From Octopus bimaculoides (Eukaryota): 33,373 nucleotides of DNA. Under the pieces are notes generated by a model that saw only the letters and a program-made list of their open reading frames with translations, made no database searches and was not told where the DNA came from. The position numbers were made by a program, and so were the translations under genes. Positions 10,561-22,329 of this stretch are shown piece after piece. The DNA lies in assembly GCF_001194135.2 (NCBI RefSeq), contig NC_068984.1, forward strand, positions 53,667,678-53,701,050. Reading direction: 5' to 3'. Position 1 is the first letter of the stretch, and each line of letters starts with the position of its first letter.

Positions 10561-11894
10561 ATACAATCCGCCGCATTGACACTGTCAATAGGTCTGAAAG
10601 AGAATTGAAAATTTTAAGATTTAGCTCACGCTGCACAACATAACAGGAAATAGATTTATTGATAATGGTTTAAGGGGACAACAATATAAGAATCTTTTTT
10701 TGATTTATCTAAGTAAAATGAAAGGATGATGAAAACGTGATAGAAGTAATTATGTATCAACTTGTAAAAGACAAAATGCTATTATAAACCTGCCGATTAC
10801 AACACTATGAAATGCTACAGTTATGACTGTTTATAAAAATGGTATTCAACAAAGGAATAAAAATTAAAAAATACCGGTGACGTTGTTTTTTTGTCAGTTG
10901 CAATAATCATTCTCTCAATTAGATTGGAATGGTGCGTGCTGCTCACCACAATGTATTTATGGTAATTTTTCCGTCAGAGTTCAGTCGCTTCATTCGTTCT
11001 TTTTCTGCTGAACTCTGCATTGGTAAAACGGGGAAAAGCTGTAACAGTAGTTTTTATATCTCAATCTGAAACTCGATGTAATTCCTGGACGGAGACTTTG
11101 TGAAAACTGTGTTATAGTGAAACTTATGGAAAGCCTGGTTAATTCTCAGAATCAAATTTGATACAGAGATGGTAAGGCAGGTTCTGATTCAAATTTTAAC
11201 TCTTAACCTTGGTTTTAGGTACACTTTTTAATAAAATTCATATTGAATGGACTCGAAGATCATTACTTAAACTTTTGCATTGTTGCTTGAGGTTTAGAGG
11301 CGCCTCAAGTATAGTTTTTAAAGCAGTTTAGGATCATTGACCAGAGATCAGTTAAAGCGGGATTGATACTACGTGACGATTAAGGATATCGAAGTTATAC
11401 TTAACTACATATAATAATTAGCAATATGTTTGTATTCTCTATTATGCTAACGAAAAGTATGATGTAGGAAACCTGTCAAATAACATTAAATGACAGTCTA
11501 AGAAGTAAAATGAAGATGCAAAGATTTCCAAGTAGGTGGTGGGTAAAATATTCCGCTGTACTTGAAGACTTTAATCAGATGTTCTATGTACACGATTATT
11601 ATATACACAAATGGTTTAGGTGTTATTGTTCAGCAACTGATGCACAATCAGGAATAGCGATACGCTCAATATACTGCAACACCTTTCAGATCAAAAAGAA
11701 AGGAAAACAATTCTGCATATATACTTCTCGATGGAAAGATACAAATTAAAACGTATGCTTTCGGACATGCCCATAAATCTACAAAGCTCAAAAATTTATA
11801 TGGAAGTTGTAAATTAATGTTCTGACAACATACCTCAATAGGTTGCTGTTTATAGCAATATTTATGATAAAATAAAGGTATATGTTACAATTTA

Positions 11895-12400
11895 CAATAG
11901 ATTCTCTTGTGACGTCACTGCGTCTCTAGTTAGTTATCATCTCCCTCTTAGCTTTCACATACATGCGATTTTAAGATAAATTCATCCATTTTATTTCTGC
12001 TTGGTAGCAGAGCTACAAAACAAAAGCAAAGCAAAATGTTTCGATGAAAATATTTTTCGTATTAATTCAAATAATATTGGAAAGGATCAAAGTAAAAATT
12101 CGGAAAAAACGAACGAATTTATCTGACAATCTCCTAAATATATTTACTTACGCACAGGTTACATATACAATAAACAAACAATAAACATACGCATAAAGTC
12201 ACGTTTACATGCATATAAAGGGACAGACAGCTACAGTAAAAATGTTTTTCTGAAAAGAAATTGACATTTTTTCAAGCTGAGATTTCCAATTGATCGGGCT
12301 ATCTTTTTAGTTACTAAAACTTCTTCAAAAAGATAGAGTGATAGAAATAGGAAGAATGAGATAACTAAAAGCATAGTGACGTCACAAACTTGGCTATATG
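11895..12400. repeat. Decayed inverted-repeat pair (possible MITE ends), each containing GTGACGTCAC
   Basis: ttgtgacgtcact..ct.tagtt..atc at ~11907-11940 is mirrored at ~12358-12388. Confidence 0.4.
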
Positions 12401-12552
12401 TTCCTAATCTTCCTCGTCCTCTCCCGCTTCGTGTTCTACTATAGTTCTCACTTTCATCCTTTCAACTTTGCACTCTTTACTCTCTTATATTTTACCTCTT
12501 ATTCCTTCCCTGTTTCATACTTCTTCTAATCCTCCTACTCAATCTCTCTTAC

Positions 12553-12559
<7 letters not shown>

Positions 12560-12595
<36 letters not shown>

Positions 12596-12915
12596 CTCTC
12601 TTTCTGTACACACGCACGCACACGCACGCACACACACACACACTCACAAATACACACACACACACACAGATACACACACACAAATACACACACACAAATA
12701 CACACACTCATATATGTATGTGTGTAATGTATGTGTGTAATGTATGTGTACGTACGTACGTATGTAAGTATGTATGTATGTATGTATGTATGTATGTATA
12801 TGTGTATGTATGTAAGTCTTTGAGTACGTATGCATGCATGCATGCATGTATGCATGCATGCATGTATGTATGTATGTATGTATGTATGTATGTATGTATG
12901 TATGTATGTATGTAT
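12560..12915. repeat. Compound (CT)n-(CA/CGCA)n-(ATGT)n-(ATGC)n microsatellite
   Basis: Seen directly. Confidence 0.95.
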
Positions 12916-13004
12916 TGTATCTCCCGTTATCCCTCTTCACGTCACTTTCGCACTTTCATTTCCGCTCTGAAGGTATATTTTGTTGAAAACTTACAGACAG
13001 AATA

Positions 13005-13392
13005 TACATACATACATACATACATACATACATAATATATACATACATGCATACANNNNNNNNNNNNNNNNNNNNNNNNNNNNNNNNNNNNNNNNNNNNN
13101 NNNNNNNNNNNNNNNNNNNNNNNNNNNNNNNNNNNNNNNNNNNNNNNNNNNNNNNNNNNNNNNNNNNNNNNNNNNNNNNNNNNNNNNNNNNNNNNNNNNN
13201 NNNNNNNNNNNNNNNNNNNNNNNNNNNNNNNNNNNNNNNNNNNNNNNNNNNNNNNNNNNNNNNNNNNNNNNNNNNNNNNNNNNNNNNNNNNNNNNNNNNN
13301 NNNNNNNNNNNNNNNNNNNNNNNNNNNNNNNNNNNNNNNNNNNNNNNNNNNNNNNNNNNNNNNNNNNNNNNNNNNNNNNNNNNNNNNNNNNN

Positions 13393-13425
<33 letters not shown>
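13005..13425. repeat. (ATAC)n and (AT)n around gap (N 13056-13392)
   Basis: Seen directly. Confidence 0.95.
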
Positions 13426-13427
<2 letters not shown>

Positions 13428-13559
13428 TTATGTTAATACCTGCATATGTATATATAGATAAATGCATACGAGAGAATGCACTTATCAACCTTTGCACAAC
13501 CCAAAGTCAATGTCAATTAAACTGCCTTTAAGATAGCAGGGTAATCGCTCTAATGAGTG

Positions 13560-13715
13560 AGAGAAAGAAAAGGAGAGAGAGAAACAGAGAGTGAATGAGT
13601 GAGTGTGTGTGTGCGTGTGTACGTGTGCGCGTGCGTGCGCGAGTCGGTGTGTGTGTGTATGTGTGTGTGTGTGCGTGCCGCGCGTGCGTGCTTGCGTTCG
13701 TGCGTGCGTGCGTGC
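13560..13715. repeat. (GA)n followed by a CpG-rich (GT/GC)n alternating purine-pyrimidine tract
   Basis: Seen directly. Confidence 0.9.
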
Positions 13716-14306
13716 TATTGTCAGTCGAGACGATTACTAATCGTACATCGTATATCTTTAAGACATCTCTGAAAGTGAAATTTCCCGGAGAACAAAAACC
13801 AAACTATCAGGTGAGAGTGGGAAGGAGAGAAAGTAGCGTGGGAGGGATCAATGATCTAAGGCAAGCAGGTTTTGTTGAGGCGTCAAAATCCAATGCAATC
13901 TGTTTCAAGGTCTCTGTGACAGACGCATGACGTCATCACTGCTGTGGTTTGGTTACTTAGTTACATAGAAGAAGATATTTTTCGTGTAACCTGCTACACG
14001 GATCACAATCAAAAGAGAGTGATAGGAAAAAAAAAAACTGTCGCTTAAAAACGTACAAAGGGATTTATCAAATGTAAGAACGAGAAAAGAAATAGTAATA
14101 GAAATCACTTAATAGAATCCTTAATAGGTTACTATGAATAATATGAAAGAAAACAATTCATATAGAAATTTATTGATATTTCGATTTGTTTGAAATCAAC
14201 GAATATCACGTTACGTAGAAAGAATAATAGGTTAAAAGAAGGTATCTTCTAAGTGATTTCGCGATGTTAACTCAAAAGCGAAAGTAAATTCCAATGATTA
14301 AATATA

Positions 14307-14561
14307 ATAATAAATGCGCTCTTTTAAAGCCTAGCCAGGCTCATGGGCCCGGTTTCCCAGTTTCAATGGCGTATGTGTTCCGCGGCTGGACGGGACGCCA
14401 GTCCATCGCAGCGTTACTCATTTTTGCCCGCTGAGTGAACTGGAGCAATGTGAAATGAAGTGTTTTGCTCAAGAACACAGCGCGTCGCCCGGTCCAGGAA
14501 TCGTAACCACAATCTTACGATCATGATGCAAACACCTAACCACTAAACCACGCGCCTCCAC
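14307..14561 (-). mobile_element. Full-length tRNA-derived SINE (family C; V/Meta-domain-like body) with 14-bp TSD
   Basis: Minus strand begins gtggaggcgcgtggtttagtggttagg (A box) ... ggttacgattcctgg (B box); body contains gcgatggactggcgtcccgtccag; TSD aatgattaaatata at 14293-14306 and 14562-14575. Confidence 0.9.
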
Positions 14562-14611
14562 AATGATTAAATATAGGGTTACGTATTCAATACTAACGTT
14601 CCCCGATAAAA

Positions 14612-15255
14612 AGTGAATTTGCGGATGTTGGCTTTGAGTGATGATGCGAAAAACTGCATGCTATAATGTTCTGAACTCGCACCTCACCAAAGCCCAACTT
14701 AGCTTTCATTTCCTGTTGTCGGATAAAATAGAAGTTGCTCCTTTGGCGTGTGATCTACAAGGGAGATTACTTTAGGTTACTTTTAAAACTATTTTGTACA
14801 TAGCACTGTAAATGTATTTTTTTTCAAAATTCTTACTATTTTAATAATAGGAAAACTATATAGTAATTGAAATAAGCGCGTAAGCCACGTAGATCACTCA
14901 GAAAGTAGCACTATCACAAAGTAAACTAAAAAGTAACCTAAAGTAATCTTTTAAATTGTAGATCACACGGCAAAGTGGCACGTTTCTTTTTCTTAAGAAA
15001 TGATGTGAATTTACTGCTGGTTTCTTGTAAAAATGCAACTGCCTTCGTCTAGTCGCCGGTGACATTGTAAAGATCTTTAGCCAACATCTTACGGGTTTTT
15101 AGAAATTGAAAAGTAAATTAAAATGTAACCTAAAGTAGTCTCCCTTGTAGATCCCACGCCAAAAGAGCACCAAATAGAGCACCTTTCAATTGCTGAAGCT
15201 GTTTTTCTTTCTGTTCCCGCCTCCCGGATTTATGTCCCCGTACTTATATTAGAAA
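14612..15255 (+). mobile_element. Degenerate SINE family A copy split by a MITE insertion
   Basis: ttagctttcatttcctgttgtcggataaaata (to 14730) resumes as aaatagagcacc... after 15171. Confidence 0.55.
14734..15171. mobile_element. MITE (~438 bp) with ~55-60-bp TIRs and a third internal TIR copy (~14920-14980)
   Basis: Left gttgctcctttggcgtgtgatctacaagggagattactttaggttac vs reverse complement of right end ggtgctcttttggcgtgggatctacaagggagactactttaggttac; candidate 8-bp TSD aaatagaa (14726-33) / aaatagag (15172-79). Confidence 0.8.
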
Positions 15256-15419
15256 ACAACACTATTTTTATTGTTGATGATTTTACTGCTTTTGTTTCCG
15301 TCGTTGTTGTTTTTATACTTTTGATGAGTTGCATCTTAATACTGCTCCAGCTGGGCGTGATCATTAAATTATTATATCTTCTTTTAATATCGACTGTTCT
15401 CAAAATTGTGGTTTTCTAA

Positions 15420-15628
15420 GGCGGCGAGCTGGCAAAATCGTGACTGCTTTGGACAAAAATGCTTAGCGGCATTTGTTCAGGCTCTTTACGTTCTGAGGTC
15501 AAATCCCATCGAGGTCGAATTTGTCATTTTTTTGGAATCGATAAAATAAGCACAGGTTGTACAGTGGGGTTAATGTAACCGACTTCCTCCTACCCTCAAA
15601 ATTGTTGGCCTTTAGAAATAAATATTGT
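15420..15628 (+). mobile_element. SINE family A (tRNA-like head, Nin/Deu-domain-like core)
   Basis: ggcggcgagctggcaaaatcg...ttctgaggtcaaatcccatcgaggtcg...gtcgat-like core...ggcctt tail. Confidence 0.85.
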
Positions 15629-15637
15629 GGCTGTCTT

Positions 15638-15860
15638 TGCCGATGCTTGGCAGAATCTTTAGTACGTTGGCTAAAATGCTTTGTGGTATTTAGTATTATC
15701 CTTCTACTCTGAGTTCAAATCCCACTGGGGCCAGCTTTGCGTTTTATCATTCTGGGATCGGAAAAAGTAAAGCATCAGTTAAGTACTGGGGCAAACATTA
15801 TTGGCAGTTCTCTCTTCCCCAAAATTTGTGGCTGTGTGCCAATGTTAGAAATTAATAGTA
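15638..15860 (+). mobile_element. SINE family A, tandem second copy
   Basis: ttggcagaatctttagtacg..ctctgagttcaaatcccactgggg..cagttaagtactgggg..gtgccaatgttagaaattaat. Confidence 0.8.
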
Positions 15861-16454
15861 ATGATCCAAGGCCACACATTAAGGAGATAATAGCTCTTAA
15901 TGCAAGAAGAGGGGAGTAGTGGAAACATTAAAACAATGGTTTTCATTGTCTCCGTGATCTCGTCAGCCTACCTTTCTATGTTTAAGGCATACACCATCTT
16001 TATTTTATTCCAATAGAAAAATTATAAGCTCCAGAGGAAAGCCTATTTTGTCCAAGCGTCTATTCTCAGCCTCTTTGTCATCTTTCGGTTTTGAAATATG
16101 AACTTTGACATTTTTTGTCAGTTTTGTTATTTACATTTAAAACTTCGCGACAGCCGTTACCACTGTTGACGAAACTCTGGGGCAGAGATTCCAAAGTGAC
16201 GATAGCGACATACTTTTATTTGTGATATTAATTTAGTTTTATTAATCAAACATCCTATCATGTGTCGGAGTCATGTATCTAATTGTACACTAGGTTGTTA
16301 GATCTCAAATATACTTCATAACTTAGTATTCATGAATATTGATCAGATTTGACTTAATTTTCCTTCACGCTTAGAGTTTATTGATGACACATTAAAGTGT
16401 CGCGATACATTTTGGAAACCTCTATCCTAGAGTGTCGGAACAATCCAGCTGGGA

Positions 16455-16632
16455 ATCGCTAGGTCAGACTGTCGGTTAAGTTGCTTGTAGAATTAAGTTA
16501 CATATCAAACTCAGCAGGTCGGCTTCACTTTTTGTCTGTCAAGGTCGATAAAATTAGTACTATTACCTGGTCGATAACATCAACTGCAACATACCTCTAA
16601 AATTTGTAAGATTGTGCTAGTATTTGAAATCA
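16455..16632 (+). mobile_element. SINE family A, highly degenerate
   Basis: caaggtcgataaaattagtact...aaaatttgtaagattgtgctagtatttgaaa. Confidence 0.55.
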
Positions 16633-17989
16633 AAAGTCTGCCTGCTTTTGAAAGCGATTAAACAGCGAGAGCGATAAAGCTCTGGGATGCATGTTATTTT
16701 GACTTTTACATGAACTGTGTTCGATTCAATCGACTATGGCACATTTTCCTATAAATTTGTATCCTTTTGTCAAAAAACGCAATTGTCAAAAATCTAAAGG
16801 ACTTAGACTTCTGAAAGTATTCCTAGCCTATATCCATTCCTAACTTCCTTTCAATATTTTAAGCACTTGCTCTGTTAGCTTTCAGTTTATTTATTTATTT
16901 ATTTAGCAGAGTCTACTCTGTCGCAAGCATTCGGACCAGTTTATTTGTTTAATGATTGATAACTTCTTCCATTATTCACACAAATGTCTGAACCCCTGCA
17001 AAAGATTGTGTGTGTGAGGATGGTCAGTATGACAAATAGGGAAAGGCCAGAAAAGAGTCGAGTAAAGTAATTCATTGTCTTTCAAACACCATCACAACGT
17101 CTTCAACATACAATCTTATCGAACTTCATGGAGATGTCTCATAGATGTGAATAGTCATCAGTCAATCTTGCTTGCCCATCTCATTTTATCTTCTGTTTTA
17201 ATCATTAATTTATCTTTCGTAATATCTTTTTAATGTTTTCATAAAATTGCCTGAGGAAAATTATAAATTGCCAAATATGGCCTTCATTAAATTTCAAAAC
17301 ATCTAGAAGAGAGAAGAGATGACAAATGAGCCAAATCTTCATTTATATTACCTTATTTATTGTTTCTTAAAGATATCTTCTTGAACTGTGGATATTTTAC
17401 ATTATTATGATTTAAACTTAACGGAAAACTGTTTTCTATTTTCCGTCAACAAATTTAAAGTTCACCTTCAACTAAAAATCAAAATACTCTTTTTAATCAA
17501 TCGAAATTTGAGCTTTTATTTCACTTACAAATGGCTAGTTGTTGAAGAGTTAACCATTGTATTATTAAAGATTTATTGTACAATATTTCTGCCTACGAAA
17601 GTTAAATGGTATTTTCCCATTAGTTCAATTATCCGACATGATAACATTTTAGAGAATTAATTTCAAATTACCGGTATAAATGATGCACTAGTAATGGGTG
17701 AACGTGAGTGGATTTTTGCAATTTTCCCATTCTCGTTCTCCTGGTTAAAATACAATTTGTTGTATATTATTCACAGCTCCATTTCAAGGTATCATTAATT
17801 TTGATGGTCAGAAATACTAAGGAGCTTCTAATGGCTAAAGCAATTTTCAATGCATTTTTCATCATGTTCTGAGTTTTCCAATATTTTCTTGTAAACCACC
17901 CATCAAGTATTTCTGTGATAGAGACTTCCATTTAAAGAATAAATGTCCTTGTGCATCATTGTTTTACCATCCATCTCTTTCCTTACCTC

Positions 17990-19135
17990 TTCATCATCAT
18001 CATCGTCGTCGTCGTTCCTTTCGTGCACTCAGCATTTCATTGTTCTGTCGATTTGGATGCATAGCCTTAGGTATCCAGTACCTTTCATATAGTCTTTGCT
18101 GTATAAAAGCAGGAAAATTACCATGATATCCAGTACCTTCAACTCACTATTCAAACTTCTTACAAATGTTCCTAAGGCTTCTAATACAGTTGATATAACG
18201 ATAAAGTTATGGAAATTCAGTTGATATAATGATGAATTTACAGAAATTCCACATCCTCTGAAGTTCATATTTTAGGTTCTGATATTTCTCTATTATGTCA
18301 AATTCTTTGTCTACCATTCTTGTATCAAGCAAAATTAATTAAACAACCCAGTCTTTCCTCTTTATACGACAATATCTGGGCGTGAATGCTCTATTTACCT
18401 ATCTATTTGAATTTTCATATTCTACTGTAGGTTAAACAGTTGTTTTCAAGAATGTGTTCTGTTTTATAGACACGCCATTTTCCCATGGGTTCAAATTCAT
18501 CTTTTTCATCGTTTCAGCAATGTATGATTGTAGCAGCATTATCATGTCTCAATTCTTATAAACCTTCTGCACAACTGTCTCCTCTCTTTTACCACACAGT
18601 CTAAATTCAGCCAACATGTCTTCCTTCTAAATTTTTCCTCATGTATCACTTTCTGATGGCATGATCCTGCGCAGCAAGGGTGAAGCCCTTTGTCTTTTTT
18701 TAAAAACATCCTTTCTTAGCCATTGAAATGGCTTCTGAAATTGATACTCTTGACTATTTTGAAAAGAAAATAACCATATAAATTTGTACTGTTCTTATCG
18801 CTCGTTTCTAGCTGAGGCTTCACTATTTTTCTTTTTTAATGTAACATCTCTCTTCTTACTCATATCAAAAGCGCTTCATCTCTCTTAGCTACGGAGAGAT
18901 GAAGCGCTTTTGAGAGATGAAGCGCTTATCTTGTACACTTATTAATACTCGTCCATTATCTAGTCTGTTGAAATGCAATCTGTGACCATCTGCCTAGGTT
19001 TGCAAGGCTCTGTAGATTCTCAGCAATTTGCTTGTTTTTCTCTCTCAAAAAGGTTCTTTTCTTTTAGTTACTTGACTATTCCGGCGTTGTATCTGATGGA
19101 TACGGCTTTTGAGTCTAAAGCAGTGATGGCATTTA
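17990..19135 (-). mobile_element. R4/Dong-clade (RLE) LINE, 5'-truncated and decayed, 3' end with (GAT/GAC)n tail
   Basis: Minus strand: AVSIRYNAGIV; WLRKG..KGFTLAAQDHAI; RLCGKREETVVQ (knuckle); RHDNAATIIH; PDIVV; DKEFDIIEKYQNLKYELQRMW; VLEALGT. Simple-repeat tail at ~17990-18015. Confidence 0.85.
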
Positions 19136-19156
19136 TTCCTCTGAGTATGAATTATT

Positions 19157-19350
19157 GGCGAACTGGCAGAATCTTTGGCACGCCAGACAAATCCTTGACG
19201 GCATTTCGTCCATTTTTATATTCTGAGTACAAAATCCGCCGAGGTCGACTTTCATCCTTTCGGGTTCGATAAAAGAAAACTGGGGTCTAGGTAATCGGCT
19301 GATACCCTCCCTCTAACTTACTGGCCTTGTGCCAAAATTTGAAACCATTG
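19157..19350 (+). mobile_element. SINE family A
   Basis: ggcgaactggcagaatc...ccgccgaggtcgactttcatcctttcgggttcgataaaa...ggccttgtgccaaaatttgaaacc. Confidence 0.9.
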
Positions 19351-19929
19351 TTACTATTCTTGTTGTTGTTCTTTTTTTACAGTGTCAAGGCGTCTTTTCC
19401 GAGCTCTGATGATTTGGGATGTTTTAGAAATCGATGTAAATGAATTCTTTTTCTTCTTTCGAATTATTTACGACTATAATATTTTGAATACATTTGGAAT
19501 TGGACATGATATTTTGTTATCTCATCGGGGAGTCCTTTTTTTTTCTTTCAAACATGAAGATTCGTTAAATAAAGATCCGACAATTATACAAAGAAAAACA
19601 ACGCTGACATTCGACTTCAATAGATTACTGTAGATAAAGCATGCAGATTTTTGTTAGCCGAAGAAAGAAGAATATAATATGATCATGAAATAAGCAACAG
19701 GAACATTTTGAACGAAGTGGAAGGCAATAACGACGATAACAACAACGATAACAACAACATGTAGTCTGTTAAGCGAAAGCATTTAAAGCATTTAATGTCA
19801 TTACAAATCGTGTCAGTTTTGTTCGCTTAACAAATAAAATGGCGACACTGCACATAAGAACTTGTTTTTAAGTGAAGGTTGGGAATATCATGTCACACAG
19901 GTCTTAGCCTCTTTGTTCGAATATCATTT

Positions 19930-20850
19930 CCTACACGTTTGTTTGTCTCTTTGAAAAGCGGTGCTCTTCTCTTGATTTCAGAACAGCAACTAGAAAAGGT
20001 CCCGTCCGATGGTTGAAGATCAATCTTATCCATTGAGTTTTGGCGGGGCCTTAAGAACCGTCTGCGGGGTTTGTGGGACATAGAGCTCATCAACCAAAAA
20101 GGCATGAATATTGATGCACACGCCCATAATCTTGTGTTCTAATATTTGCGAAAGGTAATTACAAAAGCGACAGCCCAATGTAACGGCAATGTATTGACTA
20201 CTATTTCGTTGTCATCATCGTATCGCAGAATTCGTATCACGGGCGATGACTGCAGTGAGTGATGAGGGGCGAAATGCAGTCAGTGGATGTCAAAATGGAC
20301 TTACGATTCATTGTGACACCTCAAAATCGCAGAGTCGTTCTAGAGGTGCACTGTGAATAATGTAGACACAAAAGCAATGAGAATAGTTGAGCAAGACATT
20401 ATTGTTATATTTGTGGCGCTCAGAGCCACTGAAAAATTATCTGCCTCATGGATTTGAAAACACCGAAGAAAGGCAGAGAGCAGCTAACAGTAGCAACGGC
20501 AACTTCAGTTTCCGGAGGTTACCTTTCCAATAGTAGAACCAAGTGATTTTCTAGAGATGGTAGAATGAGTCTCCTCGGGTTCAGTCCTGAAAACCATCGA
20601 TCATGCTTCACGCCATCCTACCGTAGTAAGCAGCATTGTTCCTCCAAGGTCTTGTGAGGTGGAAGCAATGAGAGAAGGGAAAACAATCGGACAGGTTCCA
20701 AACAGCAGGAAAAGAGGAAAAGAGGAAAAGACTCCGTAAAGAAAGAAGTTACTCCAGCAAAAAGTGACCAAAAAGAGTAAAAATGAGTTCCTACATTGGG
20801 AGAATGAATGCATACCCTCCCCGGTGAGAATGCTGTTTACGGCTCTACCA
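19930..20850 (+). pseudogene. Decayed gag-like ORF1 of an L1/Tx1-type LINE with CCHC zinc knuckle
   Basis: C-Y-I-C-G-A-Q-S-H-*-K-I-I-C (CX2CX4HX4C) at 20403-20444, preceded by MRIVE; long near-open frames on either side and a Lys/Glu-rich tail. Confidence 0.55.
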
Positions 20851-21254
20851 TAAACTCCTAAAAGGCCTATACAAAAACATTTGATTCGAAGTACTGACCG
20901 GTAAGGATCAGAGAATAAGGAGGGGAATAGGTTTTAATAAAGTGTTCCTGGAAAGCCTACACACTGTTTAATATAAGCTGCAGGACGTAGGCTTTTACCA
21001 ATAACTTCTCATGAGTGGTTCTAGGATTTTGAGTCTTGAAAAGATTTTAGCAAAAGGAAGTGAGAGTTTGACGTGGTTAGAGCTGTGACGTCCCCGGATA
21101 AACACAAGTGGCGGCTTGTTATCTCTATGTAGGTAGAGTGCCCTCATCGCTACAATTATATCATTATAATTACTGTGCTTCTATAAATTCATTTGTCCTA
21201 CTCCATAAATTTTTGCATAGCTTTTCTGATGAATAAATAAATAAATAAATAAAT

Positions 21255-21465
21255 AATGGTTTCAATATTTGGTACAAAGCCAGCGTTTTCAAGGTAGCGG
21301 TATGTCTGTTACATCGCCTCCAGTGCTCAAATATATTTCATCAATCTCGAAAGGATGAAGGGCAAATTTAACCTTGGCGGGATTTGAACTCAGCACATAA
21401 AGAACTGGAAGAAATTCTGCGAAGCATTTTGTCCAACGCACTAACGATTCTACTAATTCGCCGCC
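21255..21465 (-). mobile_element. SINE family A
   Basis: Reverse complement of the family: ...cgaaaggatgaagggcaaa..ggcgggatttgaactcag...ctaacgattctactaattcgccgcc. Confidence 0.85.
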
Positions 21466-21479
21466 TTAATGGTAAGAAT

Positions 21480-21684
21480 AATTCTTTGCAATTTTGGTAT
21501 CATGCCAGCAATTTTGATGGGAAGGAGTAAGACGATAACTCCTAGCATAGGGACTGATATTTTATTTTATCGATCCCGAAAGGGTGAAAGGTAAAGTTGA
21601 TCTCTTGAACTCAGAACGTAAAGAGCCGAAACAAATGCTGCCAATCATTTTATCTGACAAGCTAACTATTCTGACAGTTCGCAC
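21480..21684 (-). mobile_element. SINE family A, tandem second copy
   Basis: tttatcgatcccgaaagggtgaaaggtaaagttga..tgaactcagaacgtaaaga. Confidence 0.85.
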
Positions 21685-22329
21685 TCAATGTCCCAGTCAA
21701 TAAAAGATGTATTTTGCTTTGCAGCATGAATTTGAAAACAATTGTTATCTTTTTACTTACTAAGGGCTTTGCCATTGTATATTTTTGTTTGGTGAGTAGG
21801 TGAACATGAAAAGAAAAGGCTGATCATTCCGTTTTCAGAAGGTGCCTTAAAATGGATTGATCAGCGTTATCTCTTCACGGTCTCACTTATAAAAACAAAG
21901 TATTTAGAAATGGCTTCGTGTGATCAAGGAGAGACGGATTATAGTAGATTGAAAAAGAGAGAAGGAATTGTGGTGAACTCCTTTTCCTCATACAACCAAA
22001 ACCAGCTTTCTCGTTCTAGTTCAAAGTTTAAAAAAATGTAAGCCGTCTCAATATAACCAGCACTGCAATTTCAATCACCTATGATAGTAGCAATAGAAAC
22101 AGCAGCAGCAGCAGCAACAGCAGTATCTACGACACTTGCAACAACAGATGTCTGCAAACAGTTACAATTAAAATTTTCGCATGATGTAACCAGTTTCAAA
22201 GTGAAAACTGCCTATGGAATGTTTCAGGTAATATTTTAGGGAAAGCACGAAAATCGAATTTCCATGTTCATCCGAACGCAGGAAGTGAAAGTCTTCCATT
22301 TATTCTTCACACAATATGTCAGTACTGAA

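Noticed and set aside
216-13531. Long ORF-track entries rich in VC/HT/YI/LPTY/LS or X
   Set aside because: These are translations of microsatellites and N-gaps, not coding sequence.
19893-20105. Minus ORF MSHKPRRRFLRPRQNSMDKI..., resembling a signalling-protein tail
   Set aside because: It lies antisense to the better-supported gag-like ORF1 relic and has no convincing splice context.
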